Origin: Eledone cirrhosa
Taxonomy: Eukaryota
Assembly: GCA_964016885.1 (NCBI GenBank)
Contig: OZ024750.1
Span: 12,710,001-12,774,000 of the forward strand
DNA: 64,000 bases
Reading direction: 5' to 3'
Positions 27,278 through 38,182 of this stretch are shown here, in pieces. The notes beneath the pieces are model-generated. The model saw nothing but the letters and a program-made list of their open reading frames with translations, was not told the origin of the DNA and made no database searches. How positions within the stretch are numbered: position 1 is the first letter of the stretch; each line of letters begins with the position of its first letter. The translations under genes were made by a program, and so were the position numbers.

Positions 27278-29671
27278 TTAATATAGATGAACTAATATAG
27301 ATGAAATGGTAAAAAAGCAGAGACATCAGACATGTCTTCCAAAGAGTGCTATCATAAGCAACCATTTCAAGCAAACCAACTGAGCCTCATGGATGTTATA
27401 TAACCATCTTTCTCATAGTCTAACTATGTTTCCTCTTAGTTGGCTTTGTCTGTAAAACTTATCAAGCAATTCTTTCCTCAGACAGTCTAACCACATGTCA
27501 GTAGTACTGAAGCTGTGATCTCTCAATTCAGAGAAGTAGCAGCTCTATCTAAAGTGACTCCTTCCTTGCTGAGCTACACACCCTATCAAGTAAGTAGCCT
27601 TACTTTAAAGATGCTTCAGAAGAACTTAAGATCATCCACTTGTATTTGTGATCATATATCTTTCATTCATTACCAACAATTTATGAGCAAGGTAATGGTA
27701 GACATGAACACCATATTAAAGATAGTGAGCTCAGATTTTACACTTACCCCAATTCTTCTAATGACTAAGTGCTGAAGGTAGTGTATTACTACACCAACTT
27801 AAGCAATTCTTAAGCTGGCATTGGAACATGATTCAACAAATGTTCTTATATAAATTATGATGGAAAGCTTTTTAGATAAATATAAAAATTTAAGATAAAC
27901 AGTTCTGTATCATAGAACGAAGAATGATTTCAGACAGTTTGGTAACAAAAGTATTAAGCCTCAAGAGAGACAAGGTGTTCATCATTTAATGTGGTCACTG
28001 AAGACATCTAATGTCATTGTACTACTAGCAATAAAGAAAGATATATCTTTAAATAGTAGTAGCTTACATAGAAACTATGTAGATAGATGGACTAGTTTTT
28101 TTGCTGTTCCACAATAGACTACAGAATTCTGTTGGAGCAGACACTCAAAGAAAATCAACAGTGATACTACAAAAACATTAAAACATTAGTAAAGTAAAAG
28201 CTGATATCTCAGATAATGGACACTTTTGAAAAGGAGTTTAGGCTCTGTTGCATCTTATGAACAGTTGAATATCAGTAACGAGAAGAGTAAATTTTATTAA
28301 CAATTTAAACTATACAAACATGATAATAAAAAAAATTCCACATGCTTTAATATTTTTCATATTGTCAGCAAGATGAATGTATTAACTATAGCAAGCTTGT
28401 TTGAATTTGTGCTTCTACAAAAAAGATAATTCGAGGCCTTTTGCAAATAAAGTTATTTATGAGAGAAAAATCAAAATGAGAGTATGTTGTTGATTTCTTG
28501 TTTAGTTATTTTTGTTCTTTTTCAGAATATATGAACCAAAACATTGTAAGAACAATAAGAATACCAAATAGCTTTAATGGGTATTAAAAAAATGCTTTTC
28601 ATACACTTCATAAAACTGATAATATAAGAAGCAATATACATGTTTTAAAGTGCCTTGTGAATGATTCTAAAATACAAATAACAAAACGTACACATACACA
28701 ATAAGCTTAATTTTCTGTAAAATATTTGGGAAAACTACTTTTAGCCCAATTATTTATGACATTTTTGATGTAGACAAAAGATTGCACCTATTTCAGAACT
28801 ATGTAATACAAATTAAAGAGAAATTTTTATAAAAATTTCAAAGGAATTAAAAACATTTAAAAGGTTTTATCCTATGCATTTATTTTTAGACATGCTATAT
28901 TTATATTTTTCTCTATATCCACTATTTTTGTTGACGAGATAATAAAGATATCTTTTAAAATATATCGAATATTGTTATTTTAGATATATATATATTGTAT
29001 ATTAAAAATATATTTCATTAACTATTAAAAACGTTTATATCATTATATCAATATGATATAATTTGATTAATTGTTGTTTACTGTAAAGTGGTCGTGTATG
29101 TCATATCAAAAAGCGCCCAGCCCACACTGTAAAGTGGTCATGTAGGTATCACGACAAAAGGCAGCCAGTACTCACTGTAAGTGTGGTTGGCGTTAGGAAA
29201 GACATCCAACTGTAGAAACTAAGCTAAAATCAATTCTGTATGAGCAAAACTCAGTCATCCGACCTGGCTTGTCTCACAACAGGTCAGCTAGTCTTACTCA
29301 TGCTAGCATGGAAAATGGACATTAAACGATGATGTGAGAGAGAGAGAGGTCAAGCCGGTGGCTGAACATACGTTCTACGTTTGACTTGTTTTTCTTCGCT
29401 CTCCCTCTCTTGCTGTCAATAAGGCCTCGGACTTATGCTCAGCCGCCAGTTTGACTTCTCTCTCTCTCTGATACTTACATACATGTGCTTCACCTCATGT
29501 GCCCCCCCCCCCTTATCGGTATGTTTTCAGCGCTTTTTTCTTCTCCTTTTTCCCTTCCCCAATAAGTTATCGACGCACTGGGGATAGACATATTGTCTTT
29601 AATGCGTTGAAATATCCGAGACCCCCAACAGACAACTGAAGAGAGGACCTGTCTCTTGTTTGTGCTTTCCA

Positions 29672-29703
<32 letters not shown>

Positions 29704-29753
29704 AATATATCAATAATATTAATAAATGGAAAATATCTTTATAAAACCATATT

Positions 29754-29814
29754 TATTTTATTATACGTATTTCAAGGGTACTAATATTTTAGAACGCTTT
29801 CGTCAGATAAAATA
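29754..29814 (-). ncRNA. Type I minimal hammerhead ribozyme motif (Penelope-like element remnant)
   Basis: UAUUUUAU-CUGACGA-AAGCGUUCUAA(AAUA)UUAGUACCCUU-GAAA-UACGUA-UA-AUAAAAUA: 8-bp stem I, 9 of 11 pairs in stem II, palindromic stem III, intact core. Confidence 0.72.
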
Positions 29815-31046
29815 CAATAATCGTTGTAAAGATAGTGTGACATATTTATAAAGATATTTTCCATTTATTAATATTATTGATATTAATGATACTCCGGAAA
29901 AACACCGTCTAATCTGTTGTAAATTAACTTTTATGAATAATATTTTCCCTTACTTGTTTGCGTGGGTGTATTGAAGATGTTAAACATACCTACTATTTTC
30001 CTAGAATAAGTCTCAAAAATCTACCATGAGTCCTGGAGGCGGAAGGTTGCATTTTTCATAGGCATATCCTAACCCCAGAGAAAAATTATCTATGCTATGG
30101 TTGTCAAAATTAGGGTGCGTCTTCGGCGCCGGGAAATACTGTAGTCAAATTCACTTGTTCTAAGAGATTAAAATACTATTCTTCGTCACACATTGAAAAA
30201 AAAAAAAAAAAAAGGATCTATCAAAGTTAAAATGATTCTGTCCCACCGTGTGAAATAACTTAGCATGTGGTAGAAGCAACAGTGGTACAAGATCAAGAAG
30301 AAACAACATGGCATAGCTTGTGCACCGACTGACCTTATGGTTGAATAGACAACTTTAGGTTGGTAATCATTAGGTTCAATTGTAAATATTATCCTCCGAA
30401 AGTAAACTTTACAATTGATTGTATCAGCATAATTACCTCACAGCAGACACACATACTGAACAAATTACAAGTTTCATCTTGAAATAGAGAGAGCAAGAGA
30501 GAGAGAGACCCTTCAAGTCCACCACCACCACTAAATACAAACACAAACACACACGAGTTTAAAACTAATTAAAGGGGTTGATTGGCATGTCAAAGACATT
30601 TTCTAGACTTTAAAACTTGCTTTTGTTTTCTTCTTTCTTAATTGTCGCGTTTCATTCTTGTATGTATATTCACTAAACATCTTACAATCACCGAAGTTAC
30701 TAATTCTAAAAGGTAGCTTAAAAGATGAGGTGATCCACGCAAGGGTGTAAGAAAATGTGATCTTAACATCGTATCAACAATTTCAGTCACTTATCATAAA
30801 CAATTTTCATAAGAAATTCAAAACACATTTATAGCAACTTAGCATTTTATGTTTCAAAATGTTTGAGTATGGCTTCACATAAATAACGGCTAATGCCAGG
30901 AATAAATAATTTTAAATGGCAAGATATTAGTAAAAAAAACAACAACCCAAAACGTGACTGTTGTTTAACCCGCGGGATAGATCTGTTAATGCAGGTGTTC
31001 CAACTGTTTATATATATATATATATTAGAGAGAGAGAGAGAGAGAT

Positions 31047-31143
31047 GGTTTCTACAGGACTAGAACTATTTCATTCGAAAGAAATCATCAGGAAAGCCCT
31101 GATGATTTCCTTCGAATGAAACAGTTCTACTCCTGTAGAAGCC
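31047..31143. ncRNA. Inverted pair of hammerhead motifs (minus copy 31047-31098 complete; plus copy 31099-31143 lacks the 5' strand of stem I)
   Basis: Minus: GGCUUUC-CUGAUGA-UUUCUUUCGAAU-GAAA-UAG(UUCUAGUC)CUG-UA-GAAACC; plus: CUGAUGA-UUUCCUUCGAAU-GAAA-CAG(UUCUACUC)CUG-UA-GAAGCC. Confidence 0.65.
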
Positions 31144-31399
31144 ATTTCTATATGAAATACTTATACTCGGCTACGTATTGAGTACATTACTGTGGTTACC
31201 GCCGATTGAACCAGGGACACACACACACGTGCGTGCGTGTTGTCCTCTATTTGTGAAGGCGGTAACGTGAGCTTTGAGAGAAGAGCTGGCTTTTATTCGT
31301 AAGTCGAGCAACCATGCAGAATACCAAGAATTATCGACAAACTATTTTTTGCAGCCGACAACGAAGTTCTTGTTATTGTCGGCGGCTAACAATACCAGT

Positions 31400-31710
31400 G
31401 TCTGGTGATGCTCCAGATGAGTGTGCTTGGTTGTTCCAGCATCTTAGTCTCGCTATCGCCTGGCCTTATGGAGGTATCAGGTGATGGTCTAGGTGAGAGT
31501 GCTTGGCTGTTAGAACTCCGTAGCTTCGCTATCACCTGATGTTACCGTGGTATCAGATTGTGCTTGGTTGTTCCAGCACCTTAGCCTCGCTATTACCTGG
31601 GCTCACCGAGGTACCAGATGATGCTCCAAGTGAGGGTGCTTGGTTGTTCCAGTACTTAGCCACGCTATCACTTGTAGTAATGCTGCCAGTGTGTTGGTTT
31701 ACTTCAACAA
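31400..31710. repeat. Four diverged ~65-76-bp GC-rich tandem units inside a dispersed element
   Basis: Units CAGGTGATGCTCCAGGTGAGNGTGCTTGGTTGTTCCAGCACCTTAGCCTCGCTATCACCTGG; one related unit at ~36330-36430. Confidence 0.75.
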
Positions 31711-31952
31711 GTGTTGGACGGAGTATCCGATACCCCTTGTGGTATGTGACTGATTGACACCGTATTAAATTGATATTTTCTTTTGTTTTGATTCTATATT
31801 TCCATGTGAAATATTTATATAATTAAGCACAAGAAATATAGGTATGTGTTGATTTATTTACTGTAATTTCAAGCTACCTGTATTGTTAGTATATTTGTTT
31901 AGAGAATATGTGAACTTTGCTATTATACAACATCATGTTCATTGTTTTGATA

Positions 31953-32302
31953 TAATTGTTTCTACTTTTGGCACAAGGCCAGCAATTATTCCAGTGTATT
32001 ACTGGTCCTTTATTTTATCGACCCCGTAAGGATGAAAGGCAAAGTTAACTTCAGCGGGAAAGTGAATTTATATATCTTATGATACTTTTTACTTCCTGCT
32101 TATGATTGTGTTACTGGTGGATTGGCAGTATTGGTAGAGGGTCGACGTCATGCTTTGAAGCATAGGGTTACGGCCCTTGCCATTCTGAGTTCAAATCCCG
32201 CCAAGGTTAACTTTGTCTCTCATCCTTACGGGGGTCGATAAAATAAAGTACCAGTAATGTACTGGGTAATTGCTGGCCTTGTGCCAATAGTTGAAACAAT
32301 TA
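31953..32302. mobile_element. Two SINE A copies in inverted orientation (31953-32060 minus, truncated; 32117-32302 plus)
   Basis: Family A body on both strands, about 55 bp apart. Confidence 0.85.
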
Positions 32303-32856
32303 TGTTACTATTAGAGATTTGGGAATTTCTCTGAAAATAATTTAGATAACCGTTATTTATTGATAGCAAGTTGTCGGTGTTGTGTTTAGTATGTGTTGTC
32401 GGGTGAACAGAAATTTAACTTTCAAAAACATAGTCCTTTCCTCTACAGCCAGATCAGCCCTTCTGTAACCCTTTCCTCTACTTTCCCATACAGCCAAATC
32501 TGCCATTCTTTAACCATTTCCCCTTTTTTCTCATTACTTAATTTTGTTTTTAATCTTCTTTTCCATATTTCCATCATTGTATAACTTCTGTTTTTATTTC
32601 TAATGTTATTTATAGACTTCGTTTTGATTCTATATTTTCATTTGAAATATTTATGTAATTAAGTAATATATATATATATATATATATATATGAAAAGAAT
32701 CAAGACCCCCAACGGCTGAGCTCCGGATCTAGCTGTCGAAACGGCCGTAGCTCAGCCGTCGGGGTCCCGACTCTTTTCCTATTACCCACTGTGCTACCCT
32801 AAGTATTGAGTACTCTGGTGCTTTTGGTCAACCTGGCATCTTACCACACTTTCTTT

Positions 32857-32896
<40 letters not shown>

Positions 32897-33601
32897 CAAT
32901 TCAATGTGGTCTACCTTTCGTGGTAGGGTATATACGTAGTTAGAACTCAATGTAATCCGTTAGTAAGTAATTCCGAAGAAGACAGTATGATCGAATATAT
33001 TATGTCTGATAGATGAGTCAATATATCAATAAGATCAACCCTCCGAAACGATCGTAAAACAATGAAATGAATATGTAAAATAACTTTCCTTCGTTATTAT
33101 TATCATTGTTTAAACTAATATTCTATATATATATATAAACAAAGAGGGTGTGGTAAGGTACCAGGTGGACCATAACGCACCAGAGTATTCAATACTAGTC
33201 GAGTGGGTAATAGGGAAAGAGTCGGGACCCCGACGGCTGAGCTCCGGCCGTTTCGACAGCTAGATCCGAACCGTTCGGATCTAGCTATCGAAATATATAT
33301 AATTGTGGGTGTGTTGGCTTTTAACAGCTATGACATTTGTGTTTATAATAAATGAAAATAAATGCATGAAATTTTCAGTAAAAAATTTCAACCAGAGTTT
33401 TTCTAAAGTATATTACAAAAAGTTTCCTTATATTTATGGATTATTAAAGCAAATATTTATATCCTTTAACACTACAAATTAATAATAATAATAATAATAA
33501 TAATAAACGACTTCCAAATAAATTAATTAATCATTAGTAACAAATACAACGAAATTTTCGTCTAAAGGAATTATTTAAAAAAACGAAAACAACTTTCTCA
33601 C

Positions 33602-33818
33602 CGAGAGCAATATACATAGAAGAGACGTAAGTCCGAGCAGGTGCTTCTGGCTGTTGTATTTGAGCAGTTGCCATACTAACACATTTTGTCTGTTTTTCAC
33701 ATTTTTTATCATTGGTTTGAACATTGTAATGAATGGAAGATCGTACAAGACGAGGCGCTTCAGGCGAACGTTCCTGTTTGATCCAATTCGGAGTTGTTTT
33801 TGTTTGTATGCGAGGCAT
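33602..33818 (-). CDS. Alternative first coding exon (72 aa, MPRIQTKTTPNWIKQERSPEAPR...TYVSSMYIAL) of the Ig-repeat gene
   Basis: ATG at 33818 (or 33833) with an in-frame upstream TAA and no AG acceptor in between; ends GCT CTC G|GTgaga (phase 1), in frame with the microexon; unique sequence in a CpG-retaining region. Confidence 0.65.
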
Positions 33819-35668
33819 GATATTTTTTTTCATAGGTAGGTAATTAATGAAACAGGTATTTATTTAATATCAATCTGGACACAGAGCAATTTTCTTCGAT
33901 ATTATATTGTACAATATGGTATTATTAGATTTGTCGAAGAAGTAAAGCAAGGACAGTGACCTGACCAGTACAGCTGGCGTGACAACAATTGGGCTGTAGC
34001 AAATATTTGAAAAAATGGACAGATACATAGGAAAAATAAAAATGTTGTATATTAATTAGGATATGAGCAATGGCAAGTGAACAGATATGTAGGGATTCAT
34101 AGTTTTTAAGACATTTCCAGTCAGGAAAAACGCTCATAATTTAAAGAGACAGCGAGGTGTTATCAACAGGTAGTTGAAATGTTTCAGTAAAGTATGACAA
34201 ATGTCACAACGATTGTGACGTTATTTCTCCTCCTCCGCAATGGGTGCAGTCAGGTCTACAGCTAAACAATTCACTTTTTCTTTCAAAACTACCGCCAAGT
34301 CATTCATATTAGAAATAAATGTTAAATTGTTATAAATATAATAGCTTTACATTTCTGGTTGTTGTTGTTTTTTGTGTGTGTGTGTGTATTTGGTCATGTT
34401 TGTTTTTAATTCGATTACAAGTTAACCTTATTTTCTGTTTAAATTAAAATTAATTGTTATTAATGTAATTCTGGGAGTTTTAACATGACTTTGCAATTGG
34501 AGAAAGTCTTTCTTAAATATAAAACTTCGATTTTAAAACTTAAATATAAAACTTCAATAAATTTTAGTTCAGATCTGGAGACTTAAACAACTTCGTTGGT
34601 CACACAAATACAAAATTAAATGTTCTTAATTATATTTTTGTCCTGTTTGTTCCTTGTGTGTGTTTGTGAGTAAAGTTAGTAAAAAAAAAAAATACAGTTA
34701 TGAGTATTTAACCAGTGTTAAGTGTGGTGGCCACAAATGACACACGCTAAATCATTTTTCTATCGCTTATCCTATATTTGTCTATCACATTTCCACTCCA
34801 CTCTCCTCCCCATGTTTTATTTTTACACGTCTGTCACACTCTCTTTCTTTTCTCTCCTTCTACTGTCTACTTTTCTCTGTCTTTCCCACCCCGTCTCTTT
34901 CCTAGAAATTGCTTCATTGCTTCTTCTCTTTCTTATTTCACTTAATCCTTTCTCCTACTCCCACTTGCAATACTTTACTGCAGGTCAATGGTGGACGAAA
35001 TAAATAAATAAAGGAAATAAAATTAAAAAAAATGTTTAAAAAAGAAACCACTACAAAAGTTGAACTATTTTTATCATAGGTTAATTTCCTGGGGTGAACA
35101 TTCCTTTAACTTCCGGGAGTGTTTTCTGCTTGTATGTCATTCAAGTCTCACATCTTATGTGTCTTTTCACTAGACTTATCTTACTTAGATAAGGGGGGAA
35201 AAACTTTTTTTTAAAACTTTAATTAGTTTATATTTTCTGTTGTGATTCGTTTCAGACTTTACTGCGTATTATTGTTGCTATATATATATATAACGAACCA
35301 GATGGACCATAACGCACCAGAGTACTCAATACTTAAGGTAGTAGGGTGGGTAATAGGAAAAAGTATGACCCCGACGGCAGAGCTCAAGCCGTTTCGACAG
35401 CTATTTCAGTCCAGAAATAGCCGTCGAAACGGCTTGAGCTCTGCCGTTGGGGTCATACTTTTTCCTATATATATATATATATATATTATTTTCCCACATC
35501 TTACGTTTACTATTTTTCCATTTTGACGTTATAGTCACTTATATATTATGAAATACTGTTGGCTTCACGCTCACAATAATTTCTATACTTTCATTTATAT
35601 ATATATATGTTTAGCCCGGGTTCAATCGGAGGTAACCACACACACACATATACATTTAATATAGAAAT

Positions 35669-35719
35669 GGCTTCTACAGGACTAAAACTGTTTCATTCGG
35701 GAGAAATCCTCAGGAAACC
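35669..35719 (-). ncRNA. Type I hammerhead ribozyme motif (same family as 31047-31143)
   Basis: GGUUUC-CUGAGGA-UUUC(UCCC)GAAU-GAAA-CAG(UUUUAGUC)CUG-UA-GAAGCC; stems I and III fully paired, GUA cleavage triplet. Confidence 0.72.
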
Positions 35720-37150
35720 CTATATTAAATATTTATACTCTGCTATGTATTGAGTACCTTACTTGGTTACCCCCAACTGAACATGAGATAAACTTTATAT
35801 AAATATATATATATCACAATATTTAATCTTATGTATTTGTTGTACTAATAATTACAAATATAGATAAATAAAAGTAGAATATATATGAAGCTTACATATA
35901 TAATGAAAGGAATGCCGCTAATGATTTATATTATTTTCTCCAGAGATTTTTCCTCAAATATGAATGATTTTTTTTAAAAAATGTATGCGAAAGAAAGGGG
36001 GCGGGACGGAAATTATTAATTTAAATTGTATCAAATTACTTTAAAACTGGAAAAAAGTACTAAGTCAATTATTTTTATTAGTAATAATTTTACTTGATGT
36101 ATGTCATTGTCACATCTAACAAACTTTTTTCTTAGTTTTGAAATGTATTGATTGATCAACAAGTACTTATGTATTAAAGGAGTGGGTATAACTAAGCAAG
36201 ACGTGTTAAACAATCGTCAACTACTAATAACGATAGATTTTGTATATATTTAGTGGCTTTGGAGATGTTTGGGGGAGTCGGGCTGCTGACTGCGAGGTTC
36301 CTCTCTTCACTGGCGGCTCGCCTAATAGAGGTAACTGGCGAATCTCGCGAGGGCGCTTGGTTGTTTCAACGCATTAGCCTCGCCATCACCCGAGGCAACG
36401 CTGCAAGTGTGCTGGCTTGCCTCAAACATCATTAGAGGGGTTGCCCAGTACTCCATGCGACGCTGCTGTCTTTTGCTCTGGTGTTGGCTCGGTTGTTCAC
36501 CCCCTTCCTTTATATTTTCTTTAATATTGCAACATTAAAGGAATATATCCTTCTGAAAGAATCGCGAGCAATTTATAATGTTATCTCAGCATTTGTAATG
36601 TTATTTATGTATATATTTAAAACATATTTGTTATGTTATTCTACTGTAAATTTATTTATATGCTTTGTATATTAATTGTATTTATTTAGTGTTCAGAACT
36701 GGAGATGAGCTGAGCCAAATTTAGAAATGTTGTATGTCAATATGGTTCCCCTACGATTCCCTCAGGAGTTTCGGGTCGAAACGCCTTCCCCATTCTATCC
36801 GCCAGGGCCGTGGAGCGTCCACCAGCACGTGAGGACCCATTTGCTCATAATACAGAGAGATGGGGAGGGCGAGAGAGATGGAGGCGATGACAGTGGGAGT
36901 TCGGGGCTCTTCTGTGTTCGGACGTGGTGTACAGCGTCAGTTGTCCGTAAGGAGGTAGTGATTCATATATATAAGAGGGTGTGGTAAGATACCAGGTGGA
37001 CCATAACACACCAGAGTACTCAGTACTTAGACTGGTGGCTTAGTTCGGATCTAGCTGTCGAAACGACCGGAGCTCAGCCGTCGGGGTCCTGACTCTTTTC
37101 CTAAATAAGATATTAATTTAACAATGTAAACAATAACAAAGTCAAGTTAT

Positions 37151-37322
37151 TATCGGTAGAGAGTCGGACACCATGCTTTCCAGCATAGTTACGTCCCTTT
37201 ACGATCTGAGTTCAAATCCCGCCGAGGTTGACTTTGCCTTTCATCCTTACGGGGTCGATAAAATAAAGTACCAGTAATGCATTGGGTAATTGCTGGCCTT
37301 GTGCCTAAAGTAAAAACAGTTA
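37151..37322 (+). mobile_element. SINE family A
   Basis: Family A body, slightly 5'-truncated. Confidence 0.85.
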
Positions 37323-37381
37323 TTTTACCTATTCATATCATTGTTTTACGATTGTTTCGGAGGGTTGATCATATTGACTGA

Positions 37382-37415
<34 letters not shown>

Positions 37416-37489
37416 AATGCAAGCATATATATTATTCTGAAGTAATATATACTATGTATGAATAAATATTTTTTTTTCTTTTATTATTT

Positions 37490-37820
37490 CCATGTGTCTA
37501 ACACACGTGGGCATGTCAGAAAACAGCACAGCTCCCATGACTTTCGCAAACTTCTTTTCACGCTCAGAGTTGCTGAAGCATGGAACAAACTACCGGCGTC
37601 AGTTATTAGCTGTGGAGACACTGCATCCTTTAAAACCATCATGCTTCCTGAGATTCGCCAACACTGCACCTGTGCCCCCCCCCCCTCCATACACACGCAC
37701 ACATGTTTATCATGATTCATGCAATGTTCATTTTCCTGACGTTAGTACATCATTCTATGTACTATACATGCACCTTTGATGAGTTGTCGTGCACCTGAGC
37801 ATTGTACACAATAATTTCAT
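37490..37820 (+). mobile_element. CR1-clade LINE 3' end
   Basis: Translates TRGH...FTLRVAEAWNKLPASVISCGDTASFK (CR1 ORF2 C-terminus) followed by a 3' UTR; second copy at 51243-51570. Confidence 0.8.
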
Positions 37821-38182
37821 TGGAGGATCGGACGCCATGCTTTGACACGTAGAGTTACGGCCCTTGCCATTCTGAGTTCAAATCCCGCCGAGGTTAACTT
37901 TGCCTTTCATCCTTACGGAGTCGATAAAATAAAGTACCAGTAATGCACTGCGTAATTGCTGGCCTTGTGCTAAAAGTAGAAACAATTATTTCAGGGCGGT
38001 GAATTGGCAGTATCGGTAGAGGGTTGGACGCCATGCTTTCTAGCATAGTTACGTCCCTTTACGGTCTGAGTTCAAATCCCGCCGAGGTTAACTTTGCCTT
38101 TCATCCTTACGGGGTCGATAAAATAAAGTACCAGTAATGTACTGGGTAATTGCTGGCCTTGTGCCAGAAGTAGAAGCAATTA
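37821..38182 (+). mobile_element. Two tandem SINE A copies
   Basis: Copies at 37821-37988 and 37994-38182, directly after the CR1 tail. Confidence 0.85.

Noticed and set aside
36727-36987. 86-aa plus-strand ORF as a nested gene
   Set aside because: Sequence recurs in degenerate form at ~25445-25620, so it is a dispersed repeat fragment.
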